This document shows, piece after piece, positions 40,496 through 53,500 of a stretch of 64,000 bases of DNA. Location: NCBI GenBank assembly GCA_964016885.1, contig OZ024746.1, positions 8,060,001-8,124,000 of the forward strand, given 5' to 3'. The notes under the pieces were generated by a model. That model was not told where the DNA came from. It did no database searches and saw only the letters and a list, made by a program, of their open reading frames with translations. The translations under genes were made by a program, and so were the position numbers. Source of the stretch: Eledone cirrhosa. Lineage: Eukaryota. How positions within the stretch are numbered: position 1 is the first letter of the stretch; each line of letters starts with the position of its first letter.

Positions 40496-40830
40496 TCATC
40501 ATCATCATTTTACGTCGGCTTTTCCCTGCTTGCAAGGGTGGGACGGGAACTGAGTCTGGCTTGATTTCTACAGCTGGATGCTCTTCCTAAAACCAACCTC
40601 ATTTACAGTGAGTGCTGGGTGCTTTTTGGCCGTGGCACCTCCACGACCACTTTGCAGTGGAATGATAGGGAACCCAGTCCCTATCATCTCATTTCTACAG
40701 CTGAGTAAACTGGAGCAATGTGAAATAAAGTGTCTTGCTCAAGGAAACAACACATCACCCGGTCTGAGAATTGAACTCACAACCTTTCGATTGCATGGCC
40801 AATGCTCTAACCACTGAGCCATGTGCCTCC
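40496..40830 (-). mobile_element. Full-length composite tRNA SINE, inverted copy of 36547-36870
   Basis: Reverse-complement match over about 330 bp. Confidence 0.88.
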
Positions 40831-40949
40831 ATTATATATACAAAGACATGCCGGGAATTTTACATACAATCGTGTAAAATAATATTATTAAAACAAGCAA
40901 ATTTAACAATCAAAATTTAACAATCAAAATTTAACAATAGATAGATAGG

Positions 40950-41900
40950 TAGATATCTTTTTTTATTTGCCACAGGGGCATACAAAAATGGGACATTACA
41001 AGACGTGACGGCAGAGGTTTTACATAAAAATCATATAACTTTAACATTAATAAATAACAATAAACTATATATAATAAAATAGCAATTGAAATCCCCAATA
41101 GGGGGGAATGTTACTGCAGGGTTGTTTTACACCCAGTGGATAGAACAACCCTCAACACCAGGAACACGTTTTGTAGGTGTTCCCTTCTTTCCTCTGTTTA
41201 TCTTCTTCAACCTACAGGTTTATATACAGAGAAGGCCCATTCACTCGGGCCATTTTCGCCACATCCACCCACCTTTCAGTGAATTTACTGGGCTGTAGCA
41301 CCTCTCTCTCCACTCTCACCTACCTTCTGAAGTGGTACTTAAAGAAGGGGATAAGTTGTTGTCCGGAGAGAAAGGTGTTTGCCCTCAGTCCTTTTAACCT
41401 CGTCCAGCATATTACCTCTTTTGCCATAGCCAACAGACAGAGGAAAACCTCCTCTCCTTCATTCTTAAATGAAGGCGGCGGGTTAATCCTCACGATGGAC
41501 TCGGCTGACAACTGAATGTGTCCCACACGTGACAGTAGCTGTTCAACATAATTCCACAGGTCAGTCACCCCTGGGCACTGAACAATTGCGTACAGAACGG
41601 TTTCGATGTCCTGCTCGCATCTTGGACAGGTCCTTTTGGCAGGATCTCTGCCAGGGCGTCCGTGCCTGTAGATTTTGTCTCGAACTGGTAGAGCTCCTCA
41701 GTAGCACTGCCAAGCCAGAGACCTCTGGAAGTTATCCATAGGCCCTGGACGAAAAGTCCTCCTGAACAGACTGGCCAGTTCGTCCTCCTCGATGCCTAGA
41801 GTTTCCCCCGAGAATGTTGTCGCACTTATCCTCACTAATCCCCTATAGAATGTCGAAGTGGAGTCTCCGCTGATTGCTGTTTCCGCTTGGTAGAGGGCTG
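40950..41900 (-). mobile_element. L1/Tx1-clade LINE 3' fragment (zinc-knuckle region plus 3' UTR)
   Basis: Minus strand: CPRCEQDIETVLYAIVQC...DLWNYVEQLLSRVG...VFLCLLAMAKEVICWTRLKG...FFKYHFRR; contains frameshifts and stops. Confidence 0.8.
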
Positions 41901-42165
41901 TGTGGATAGATAGATAGGTGGATAGGTAGATAGATAGGTAGGTAGATAGATAGGTAGATAGATAGGTAGATAGATAGGTAGATAGATAGAATAGATAGGT
42001 AGATATAGATATATGTAGGTTTAACAGTGCTTGACACTATACATGTATGTTACACATACATTTCATCAGGCTATATTTAAGTGATTTCTCTTTCCTCTCT
42101 GGTTTGGATGACCTGAATTTAGTAATTGAATCAGCCATTATAGATCCCAAATTATATTTCTAATT

Positions 42166-42219
<54 letters not shown>

Positions 42220-42675
42220 ATATAAAGGAACAAAAGGGGGTAGGTGAGACTCAGATATTATATTAGGTCCCTTCTACAAAAGATTTGACACCGAGGGGTT
42301 TGTATGTTCGTTTGTGTTTATTATTCAGCATTAGTGTTTTCTATTTACATGTTCTATTTGCATAAAATGAATAAGTAAATAAATATATAGATTTTCACTG
42401 AATAGCAACGTTAAAATTTCACAATCTATAATATGTGTATCTTTTCCTTGACAGTAGAAAATGAATTTTCAATAAAATCAATACTTCAGATTTTGAAAAC
42501 CTTCCACACAGCAGCACAAACTGTCGTGTTTACCAGCTTGATCATTCTAGAACATCTAAGGCAGTTACCTTAATGCTAAGAAGACAGACTAAATACACTA
42601 AATACTTAGTTGAGTACTTGAGGGTTCTATGCTCAAATCTATCAGTTAGCAATGTCAAGGTTTTCTTTTTGCTCA

Positions 42676-42863
42676 TAATAATTGTTTCTACTTTTGGCAC
42701 AAGGCCAGCAATTATCCCAGTGTATTACTGGTATTTTATTTTATCGACCCCGTAAGGATGAAAGGCAAAGTTAACCTCGGCGGGATTTGAACCCAGACCA
42801 TAAAGGGCCGTAACTCTTTGCTGCACAGAATGGCGTCCAACCCTCTACCAATACTGCCAATCC
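42676..42863 (-). mobile_element. Deu/Nin-like tRNA SINE
   Basis: Near-identical to 2003-2188. Confidence 0.85.
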
Positions 42864-43228
42864 GTTCATAATAATATAACCTAAGAGAGAAAAGACTGGT
42901 TTCGTGGTGATTAGCAAAATTAATTTTTTCTTTCTTTTGTTAAATGTAACATTATTCCAGAAAACAAATAATGATATGCTACACTACCTACAAAAGTAAT
43001 ACTAGATTGATCAAACAAGAGTTATATTCTACTCTTGTACCATTCTACCAGTAAAAAAGTCTCAAATATACTTCATTTCAGAAAGCTCCAGTTTCAGTTT
43101 TGACTTTTTAACAGAACAGCTGTTTAGTAGATAAGATGTTCTGAATATCTGGAGATAAGATTTCTGACTTTAGAACAACTGTGGCAAAAAAAACAAAACA
43201 AAAAAAACTTTGCATTAGAGAACTTTAC

Positions 43229-43495
43229 ATGGTGGTGATGGTGATAGTGGTGGTGATGGTGGTGGTGATGGTGGTGGTGACGGTGATGATGGTGTTGGTG
43301 ATGGTGTTGGTGACGGTGGTGGTGACGGTGGTGGTGGTGGTGGTGGTGATGGTGATGGTGTTAGTGATGGTGTTAGTGATGGTGGTAGTGGTGGTGGTGA
43401 TGGTGGTAGTGGTGGTGGTGGTGGTGGTGGTGATGGTGGTGATGATGGTGGTGGTGATGGTGGTGGTGATAATGGTAGTGATGATGGTAGTGGCA
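43229..43495. repeat. Imperfect (GGT/GAT)n trinucleotide repeat
   Basis: Read directly; explains the Val/Met and Pro/Ser ORFs. Confidence 0.95.
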
Positions 43496-43899
43496 TCTGG
43501 TTAATTTTTCTAACTAGCCTCAAATAACTGCTATTTTCAAGAAAGATTTCTCAAAGTAAAATCTATGTTCACCTGACATCTTTTCAAACTAAAGTACTTT
43601 CTGCTGTTCTAATTATAACACTAACTTACTTAAATATAAATAATTACATTTGTTCATTTTATTTGTTATTCTTTTACCGGTTTCAATCAGACTGTGGCCA
43701 TGCTGGGGCACTGCCATAATAGAATCTAGATGATCATATCGACCCCAAACTAAACAACTTTCCACAACTAAATTTTAATGTATATGCAACAAATAAAGTC
43801 TTGTACTCTTGAACGTAATTTTTTTAGCTTCTCATATAATAACTCCTAATGAAATTAGGCAGCAACTTAACTTCAGTAGCTAACCACTTTTATTAAGAA

Positions 43900-44440
43900 T
43901 TATTATCAAATATACCCACAAAATTATTAACCATCTTGCCAATAACAACCCTGAGTACCTTTTTGATTTCCATGTATCTAACACCCGTGGGCATGCCAAC
44001 AAAGTCAGAAAACAGCACAGCTCACATGACTTTCGGAAACATTTTTCACGCTCAAAGTTGCTGAAGCATGGAACAAACTACCTGCATCAGTTATTAGCTG
44101 TCAAGACACTACATCCTTTTAAACCTCCATGGAACAAACTCCCTGCATCAGTTATTAGCTGTCAAGACACTACATCCTTTAAAACCTCCATGGAACAAAC
44201 TCCCTGCATCAGTTATTAGCTGTCAAGACACTGCATCCTTTAAAACCTCCATGCTTCCTGAGATTCGCCAACACTACACCTAATATTCCTCCTCCATACA
44301 CACGCACACATGTATATCATGACTCATACACTATTCACTTCCCTGACATTTGTATATTATTCTATGTACTATACATGCAACTTTGATGAGTTGTAGTGCA
44401 CCTGAGCACTGTACACAATAATTTCATTATTATATTATAT
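43900..44440 (+). mobile_element. CR1-like LINE 3' end with a 61-bp segment triplicated
   Basis: NTRGHANKVRKQHSSHDFRKHFF...VAEAWNKLPASVISCQD...FK motif. The 61-bp unit starts at 44067, 44128 and 44189. The 3' UTR with its (ATT)n tail recurs at about 50945-51107. Confidence 0.85.
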
Positions 44441-45212
44441 GATACTTGGTAGTAACATAGATGAAATGAAATATTAAAAAAAATGAAATTTACAACTCAC
44501 ACCTACACAGGTTTAGGAGGTGGGGGGCATTGATAGGTGACCCCAGTCCTATCATGAAAAGCAATATGAAATGTTATGAGTCCAACACCCTAACCACTAG
44601 GTCATATACTTATACTCAGCTACAATTTATGTTTAAAAGTAAAGAGACTTAGGCTTTTCTAAAACATTCCATAGATTTGAAATAGGAAGGAAACCAACTA
44701 GCCCAGTTTCTGAAAGCATTCTGCTGTTTAAAATTGTGTTTGTGTTTAAAACACTTCATACGTAAACAAAGCAGTTAACATAAGAAACATTGCTAAAATT
44801 TGAAATGTGTGTATCTCAATGTAAATGACCATAATAATAGTTGAGAAGAAGAAAACCTTGACTAGAAGTGATGAGAAGTGATCTCAAAATATTGAACCTC
44901 ACAGAAGAACACAACAAATAGAGAAGACCTGTCCAAGCATGGAAAAATGTATATATGATGATAAAACCAAAAAACAAAGTAAAATGTTACAGTGCATCCC
45001 ACACTAACAAATATAATACATTATATATTATGATAGATGTATTGTAACAGGAGATTATACAGGGTAAGAAAATTACGAAAAATTGATGACCACTTTAAAT
45101 TTAGACCAAAGTAAGAATAATTTCATGACATGAACAAATAAATTGAACACAACTGGACCTAATTTGTCAGACCATAAACATGATTTATGCTAGTATATGA
45201 TATTAATCAATA

Positions 45213-46196
45213 AGCACCCAGTCACACTGTAAAGTGGTTGTGTGGATGTCAAAACAAAAAGCACCCAGCCTACACTGTAAAGTGGTCGTGTAGGTGACAC
45301 AACAAAATAACCCAGCCTACACGGTAAAGTGGTCGTGTAGGTGACACAACAAAAATAACCCAGCCTACACGGTAAAGTGGTCGTGTAGGTGACACAACAA
45401 AAAGCATCCAGCCCACACTGTAAAGTGGTCAAGTAGGTGACAACAAAAAGCACCCAGCCCACACTGTAAAGTGGTCAAGTAGCTGACACAACAAAAAGCA
45501 CCCAGCACACACTGTAAAGTGGTCAAGTAGGTGACAACAAAAAGCACCCAGCACACACTGTAAAGTGGTCAAGTAGGTGACAACAAAAAGCACCCAGCAC
45601 ACACTGTAAAGTGGTCAAGTAGGTGACACGACAAAAAGCACCCAGCCCACACTGTAAAGTGGTCATGTAGGTGGCCCACAAAAAGCACCCAGCACACACT
45701 GTAAAGTGGTTGTGTAGGTGACAACAAAAAGCACCCAGCCCACACTGTAAAGTGGTCGTGTAGGTGACAACAAAAAGCACCCAGCCCACACTGTAAAGTG
45801 GTCAAGTAGCTGACACAACAAAAAGCACCCAGCACACACTGTAAAGTGGTCAAGTAGGTGACAACAAAAAGCACCCAGCACACACTGTAAAGTGGTCAAG
45901 TAGGTGACAACAAAAAGCACCCAGCACACACTGTAAAGTGGTCAAGTAGGTGACACGACAAAAAGCACCCAGCCCACACTGTAAAGTGGTCATGTAGGTG
46001 GCCCACAAAAAGCACCCAGCACACACTGTAAAGTGGTTGTGTAGGTGACACGACAAAAAGCACCCAGCACACACTGTGAATGTAGTTGGCTTTAGGAACA
46101 GCATCAAGCCATAGAACAAGACCCGACTTGCCTCAAACGGGACAACCCGTCTAACCCATCCTAGCGTGGGAAATAGAAGTTAAACGATGATGATGA
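45213..46196 (+). repeat. Second array (about 18 copies, 46-48 bp) of the same SINE-internal unit, followed by the SINE 3' end
   Basis: AAAAGCACCCAGC[A/C]CACACTGTAAAGTGGTCAAGTAGGTGACA(C) units, then TTTAGGAA...GTCTAACCCATCCTAGCGTGG and (GAT)n. Confidence 0.95.
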
Positions 46197-46408
46197 TTTA
46201 GTATCAATACAATTAGAGTAGCCATTGTTTTACTGTCAATTGTATTATGAAACGATTTATTATAAATGTTAACATCCTAACCTAAATCTATTCCCTTGAG
46301 ACCCAGCTGTTTCTTGTTTGTTTTAATAATAAAGTGAACAAAATAAATTCAAATGATTTCTTACACTGACACAAAGGCCTGAACATTGTGAGAAAGGGGG
46401 AGAGATGA

Positions 46409-46866
46409 GTTGACTACATTGAGCTAGTACTGGACTGGAAGTCATTTTATTAACACCTGTATTGACTACATTGACCTAGTACTGGACTGGTACTTATTTT
46501 ATTAACACCTGTATTGACTATATTGACCTAGTACTGGACTGGTACTTATTTTATTAACACCTGTATTGACTATATTGACCTAGTACTGGACTGGTACTTA
46601 TTTTATTAACACCTGTATTGACTACATTGACCTAGTACTGGACTGGTACTTATTTTATTAACACCTGTATTGACTACATTGACCTAGTACTGGACTGGTA
46701 CTTATTTTATTAACACCTGTATTGACTACATTGACCTAGTACTGGACTGGTACTTATTTTATTAACACCTGTATTGACTACATTGACCTAGTACTGGACT
46801 GGTACTTATTTTATTAACACCTGTATTGACTACATTGACCTAGTACTGGACTGGTACTTATTTTAT
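46409..46866. repeat. 52-bp minisatellite (about 8 copies) derived from the SINE core region
   Basis: ATTGACTACATTGACCTAGTACTGGACTGGTACTTATTTTATTAACACCTGT; contains the ACTGGTACTTATTTTAT motif of the minus-strand SINE core. Confidence 0.93.
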
Positions 46867-47190
46867 CAGCACCTGGAAAGACATTTTGTTCAAAGTTCTA
46901 ATAATTCTACCAGTCCATCAAATAATAAGGGTTCCTAACTTAGGCACAAGGCCAACAATTTTGTGGGGGAGGGAAAAGTTAGTTATATAAACCTTAATGT
47001 CTAACTGCTACATTATTTTAAGGCCTCAAAAAGATGAAAAACAAAGTTGACCTTGGTGGAATTTGAAGTCAAAACCTAAAAAGTTCTACTAAATACCGTA
47101 AACTATTTTACCCAATGGTCTACCAATACTGCCAATTCACCACCCCTTATCCAACAAATAATGATTTCTAAATTAGGTTCAAAGCCAGCA

Positions 47191-47222
<32 letters not shown>

Positions 47223-48605
47223 TGATCATATTGACCCCAGTGCCTGACTGGTACTTTATTTTATTGGTTTTTGGAAGGATGATTGGCAAAGCTGACTTTG
47301 ACGGGATTTGAACTCAGAAATATTGCTAAACAGTTTTCCGGCGCTCTAACAACTCTGTCAATCTGCTGGCCTTTATCCAACAGATAATAATTATAACAAT
47401 AATTCACTCTCACAATATGCTGTGTTGCATTCATTTATAGCACACAAGCTTTCAGGATGATAATTTGAAGATCTGTCATAATATTTACTTTCTTTTAATA
47501 AACATATTCAAATAAATATAGGATGTAATAACTTTTTCTTGTTTTTTTCCTTTTTTTTTCTCCATGTAATTCATATAAAAATTCTATATTGGTAGAATGG
47601 CAAACAACTTATACTGTTAAAACGGAAACAAAATAAAATATTTCTTTCAAGGAAAATCAGAGGAAATAATTTTCACCCCTTCACAAAAGTTTCCTGTGTT
47701 CTTGAAGATAAACAGCTTCTGGTTCACTAGGATTAAATGAAATACTGTTTTTCTCCAGTAAGGCAACATGTAATTATATGCACATGTTGAATTTATTCAC
47801 TAAACAGACCTACATTCTGAAAATATAGGCTACATATTATTATGTCTCTCTCTCTCTCTCTGAAAGATAGAGTCACTTAGGATCCTCTTGTACATGTGGA
47901 AAACTATTTTTGTAATATTTTGTAAATGATAGTGTGGTGAGTTAGCAGAAACTGTAAAGTACCAGACTAACGGACATCATCACCATCACAAGTTTTATGT
48001 CTCTTTTCCATGCTGGCATGGGTTGAACAATATTTTTTAGGGGGCAGGCAGTGTTTCTTCTATGGCAGGATGCCCTTCCTCATGGCAACCAATACTTTAC
48101 TTTTAAGTATAGTATATATATATATTGTTCATCTTCATTGAACCAGTTATCTTTCAGGAGCATTGTTTATGCAGGATATAAACAAATGCCACTGCTTGCT
48201 TTAAACATATGGTGCATATATATATATATGTATGTATATTTGTATTTATGTATATATATATATATATGCACCACCCCACCTCACCGACTCCCATATATAC
48301 ATCCCGTGAAGCCTTCAGTCCACACTGTAAAGTGGTTGTGTAGGAGTCACAGCGAAAAGCCTCCCAGTACTCACTGTAAATGAGGTTGGTGTTAGGAAGG
48401 ATATCCAGTTGTAATCAAGCCAAAATCAGTTCTGTATGAGCAAGACATGGTCACCTGACCAGGCATTGCTCACAACAGGACAAGCCGTCTAACCCATGCC
48501 CAGGGCAACCGGCTGAGGTTGAAGGAACAGAATAGCGGTCGCCCTCGGGTCCTCGATTTTCAGCCCCATGGATTTTATCTATTACATTCACGTATTATAT
48601 TTCGA

Positions 48606-48663
48606 ATACCTGATGATATCACCGGATTCATACGGAACCCGGTCATTGAAATGATCATAGTAT
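48606..48663 (+). ncRNA. Minimal type I hammerhead ribozyme motif in a CpG-rich insert (about 48500-48850)
   Basis: ATAC-CTGATGA-TATCACCGG...CCGGTCATT-GAAA-TGATCATA-GTAT. Stem I is ATAC/GTAT, stem III is the palindrome ATGATCAT, the triplet is AUA, and AATAAA follows immediately. Confidence 0.8.
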
Positions 48664-48881
48664 AATAAACCTTTCAAGGATTTACACAAATCCAGCCTCC
48701 TGTCATTTCATTATAATATTTAACTCCATAATAGCACCACCAACTACAAAAACAAAGACGGTTGAACTGCTTTACGTTGAGTACTCTCTATATTATTGCA
48801 TTACGATTGACCATACGGAATAGACCAGCTCTATACAGTGGTGAACCTCAAACCTGAATATATATATATATATAGAGATAG

Positions 48882-48932
<51 letters not shown>

Positions 48933-49389
48933 TACACACACACACACATACATACAACAGGTTTCCTTAGTTTCCATTGACCAAATTCACTGATAAAGCA
49001 TTGGTTGACCCCAATAGAAGACACTTGGCCAAGGTGCCACACAATGGAATCAAACTTTAAACTACATGGTCACAAAAAAAGCTTCATAAATACAGGTCAG
49101 CACCAACTTATAGTATTTAATATTGCAGCAATAGAGTTGAGTTTATTGCCAAAACCTACTGGAGTAGCATGAAATATCAGTAACATGTTGACTACAACTA
49201 AAGTTGACTACACTCTCCCTCCTCCTGTACAGATATTGGCTCTGAACCTTGTCAAAAGAAATCAATATCTATAAAGGAGAGGATAGTTTTAACAAGACAG
49301 CTTGGAAAATTAAAAACTATCACATTTAGAAAATACTATGTTTTATTTCCAACCCTTGGGTAATGATTGAAAGAATACGATCGTGAGTA

Positions 49390-49742
49390 TAAGTGGCTGA
49401 AATGAGGTTCCTTCGAATAACATTACTCGATAGAGTGTATAGCTTGGAGATGAGAGAGTCACTCCAGGTAGTGCTGCTACTTCTCTGAATTAAGAGATCA
49501 CAGCTCCAGTACTATGGGCATGTGGTTAGAATGTCTCAGGAAAGAATCACTGGACAGATTTTATGGGCAAAACCAACTGGCAGGAGACCCAGGAGTAGAC
49601 CCCAAGCAAGATGGTGGGATAACATCCATGAGCTTGGCTGGTCTCGCTCGGGGAAATGGTTGCTTCTGGCAGGACCCACTGGAAGGAATATTTGAGGACA
49701 CTGCCCCCATGACCCTCTCAGGAATAAGTGGGTGAAAAAGAA
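49390..49742 (+). mobile_element. RTE-clade LINE 3' fragment
   Basis: Homologous to 7618-7905 and 10583-10935 (AEMRFLR...YYGHVVRMSQERITGQIL...RRPR). Confidence 0.85.
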
Positions 49743-49818
49743 GTATGTTTTATTAGAAGCTACAGCAATGCAGATAGGATATTAAACAATAAAAATAATA
49801 ACAAAGATGTAATATTAC

Positions 49819-49944
49819 CTTGCAGTTGTTTCGGGGAAAAATCCCTTCATCAAAAGAAGATTTGAGGAAACTAATTCGGAACAGGATATCATATGTTGCC
49901 ATTTTTTTAAAATGTAGTTTTATATAATGTAATCCTGAATATCC
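49819..49944 (-). other. Candidate host-gene exon containing a strong ATG (49902) with 28 open codons, MATYDILFRISFLKSSFDEGIFPRNNCK (uORF or alternative N-terminus)
   Basis: Acceptor ccactttttAG, AAAAAAATGGCA start context, donor AAG|GTAATA; non-repetitive sequence. Confidence 0.55.
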
Positions 49945-49954
49945 CTAAAAAGTG

Positions 49955-50510
49955 GACAGGGCCACAGCAGAACTTGAAATTAAGGTCTTAGTTATGTAAC
50001 ATGGCCACAACAGAACTTGAAATTAAGGTATGTTATGTAACAGGACCACAACAGAACTTGAAATTAAGGTCTTAGTTATGTAACAGGGCCACAACAGAAC
50101 TTGTAATTAAGGTCTTAGTTATGTAACAGGGCCACAACAGAACTTGAAATTAAGGTCTTAGTTATGTAACAGGGCCACAACAGAACTTGTAATTAAGGTC
50201 TTAGTTATGTAACAGGGCCACAACAGAACTTGAAATTAAGGTCTTAGTTATGTAACAGGGCCACAACAGAACTTGAAATTAAGATCTTAGTTATGTAACA
50301 TGGCCACAACAGAACTTGAAATTAAGGTATGTTATGTAACAGGGCCACAACAGAACTTGAAATTAAGGTCTTAGTTATGTAACGGCCACAACAGAATTGA
50401 AATTAAGGTCTTAGTTATGTAACGGCCACAACAGAATTGAAATTAAGGTCTTAGTTATGTAACAGGGCCATGGCCACAGCAGAACTTTAAATTAAGATCT
50501 TAGTTATACA
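49955..50510. repeat. 43-bp minisatellite (ACAGGGCCACAACAGAACTTGAAATTAAGGTCTTAGTTATGTA), about 13 copies
   Basis: Read directly. Confidence 0.96.
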
Positions 50511-53500
50511 AGTTAAGTATAGAGTCCACTAGTGTCAGGCACAACATTACAAGAAAATACAAAATACAGCAGAAGACCACTTACACCTGGGGTTCCCAGC
50601 CTGAGGTAAATTCGCCGACTCTGGATTTGTGCATATTTTGTCCAGTTAATTGAAAACAATCTGAAGTTGATAAGAAAATTTGAAGTAGGCCTATTTTGTT
50701 TATTAAAATATTAATTTTCTTTCTACAGTTTTGGACTTAACGATCTGTATGAATCTCATTGATCAATGTGTTTCTATTGATTAACTATAATTGGTCCTAG
50801 TATTGCTATCTGTTCATCATTTCTTTTTTAATAATAAGTGAGTGTTTTTAGTTTTTATAGTTATTTGAATCTAAAATAATAATGTTAAAAACAATATTTT
50901 TAACTTTCCCCTTTGTCAGTTGCTATTTTATGATAGAGACATAAACACCTAATATTCCCCCTCCATACACACACACATGTATATCATGACTCATACACTA
51001 TTTACTTCCATTACATTTGCATATTATTCTATGTACTATACATGCATCTTTGATAAGTTGTAGTGCACCTGAGCACTGTACACAATAATTTCATTATTAT
51101 TATTATTAAACTGAAATTACTGAATAATACAGGGTGGGAGTAAATTTACTTTCAAAAATTTGCCTTACGGTAAACAGGATAAAAAAAAGGGGTGTTTGAA
51201 CCCTTGGTGTTCTATAAGATGAAAATGCTGAAAGTAAAAACATATTCATACCTTCTGGCTTCATAATATCTAGGCCAATATCACAACCAAAATCACCCAT
51301 TTTGCCAATTATCTTCAAGTCCAGACTATAAATGAAAAACTCGTGCAATTTAAAAATTTGTCAACAATGGAAAACCAAGAGAGGGCAAAGAAAAACTTTA
51401 GTGTTTGGCAGCCAAGGATGAGATACACAGCTATAGACCTCAAATACTAATAGGTGCTGCAGACCAGCAGACCAGACCATGATCAATAAGGAATAAGAAT
51501 ATTTATTACCAAAAACAAGATGTATACAAACAGAATCATGTTTGGGTTTTTGATCTATGTGGAGCGATTATCACAGGTGAATATATGGAGAAATCACCAA
51601 CATATGTCCAGATATCAATGTCACTTCACATGATGTCCCACATCTCTTCAAATATACATTTAATCCTGGTAATTTAAATATACTGGATCTATGGAACAAC
51701 TGGAAAGTGACAGAATAGTCTCAGATTTAATTGAAACAAAGAGGTATAGTTTACTGATGGAAAATCTTCCCCTAGAACATAACTGATACACATTTTATCA
51801 GCATCAGAGGGGTGAAAGGTAAAGACAACTCTGAAAGAATTCAGCCTCCAAATAGATAATAAAACACACTGTTTGATATTTAATCTGATCTCTACCATTT
51901 CTGCCATTAATTGCTGATCCTCAAAGTTACAGCCTAAAAGAATCTTATAGTAAAGTGGGTACTAACAGAACTAATGTAGTTGGCCAAGAAATTTTAACTG
52001 ATTAAAATTACGTGCGTAGTGAGGAGAACAATTTATTATCTTAATGTTTGATATTAGTAAAACAAAAACAACATAAGGGATAGCCCTGGAATTTAAAGTA
52101 ATTAAAGATAAACATAGAATGTTGGCAGTACAGTGACAACTCTGGGCAGGTTTTACAAGCAAAGCTTAGTTTAACTGGTACTGCAAAATCTAAGCTGACT
52201 TAAAACAGATACACAGACTTTTAGAGAATAAACAGAGTGGGATGAGAACCCAAATGAAAATACCCAGGGATGCCTGCTGTGTAAAAAAACAATAACAATG
52301 TGGTGGTACATTGATCCACAATATCTTTAATGCCTTTTAGAAATGATACAAACATTCTCAAAACAAGGAATGCCCCACATAATGAAAGAGCCAGAGAAAC
52401 AGAACAAGGTAACAACTACTGTGAAGCTAGAACATCTTTTAAGGCAGTTAAAAATGTCAATGGTGAAAAAAAATATTGAGCAATTATAGTTAAAGATACA
52501 AAAATAGTAGTTCCCAGCCCTTTTCACCAAGAACTTGTTTTATTTAAATCTTCCCATGGCCCCCACCACACACACCTACTCGCCTCACAGGTTGCTACAC
52601 AATGAGAATAACAACTGAAAGTGGAAAATGTTTCTACTTAAAGAAGAATGGATACCCAATAGAATGTACATGTTTTTGACAAAGTACTCGGAACTTTCAA
52701 CTAGACCCCAGGGCTACCTTTGCAGACCCCAAGCCGAGAATTGCTGCACTAAGTTTTAAATCCTTCATTCTATAGCCTTTCCTAGTATTTACGTATATTT
52801 CATAGATTTGTGTAAGAGAACATATCTGTTTATCATCCACTTCTTTACACACTTGATGGTTTCATGTTTTCATGTTAAGATTAAATTTCAAAATTTGAAA
52901 GAGCACACAGATGGTATTCCATTGCCTATAGAAAACAATAGAAAGATTTGACCTCAACATCATCATCATTTAACGTCTGTTTTCCCTGCTAGCAAGGATT
53001 GGCTGGGTTGTCACAGATCAAGCCATCTGATTTACATACATTCCTACAGAGTGCTCTGTAGCATTTTCATCATCACATCAGCACTAGAATTGTTGTGTCC
53101 TTGACACAACTGAAGAATCCTTTCTCCCTTTTGTCTAGCAAGTTTTCTATGGCTAGATGCCTTTCCTATCACCAACCACTTTACAGAGTGTACTGGATGT
53201 ATGTTATGTCATCAACATTAAGTATGTTGTCATAACCTTGACACAACTGAAGAGTCCTTTCAACTCTTTTTGGCATGGTTTGTACAGCTGTATGCCCGTC
53301 GATTCACCAAACATTTTACAGATTGTATTGGGCGTGTTTTACTGTGATACTAGCACTAGAAAGCTTGATGTGCTCTTCTACAGCTGTATGCTCTTCCCAT
53401 TACCAACCACCTAATAGAGTATTCTGACTGTTTTATCACGGCACCAGTGCATTATTGAATTATGACTTAAATTATACATTGCTCATAAGCTGAACATATC

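Noticed and set aside
43181-43523. Proline-rich extensin-like or Val-rich ORFs
   Set aside because: Translations of a (GGT/GAT)n microsatellite.
51128-51710. Mariner/maT transposase remnant after TACAGGGTG
   Set aside because: Too degenerate to read a DDD/E motif or find the second TIR.
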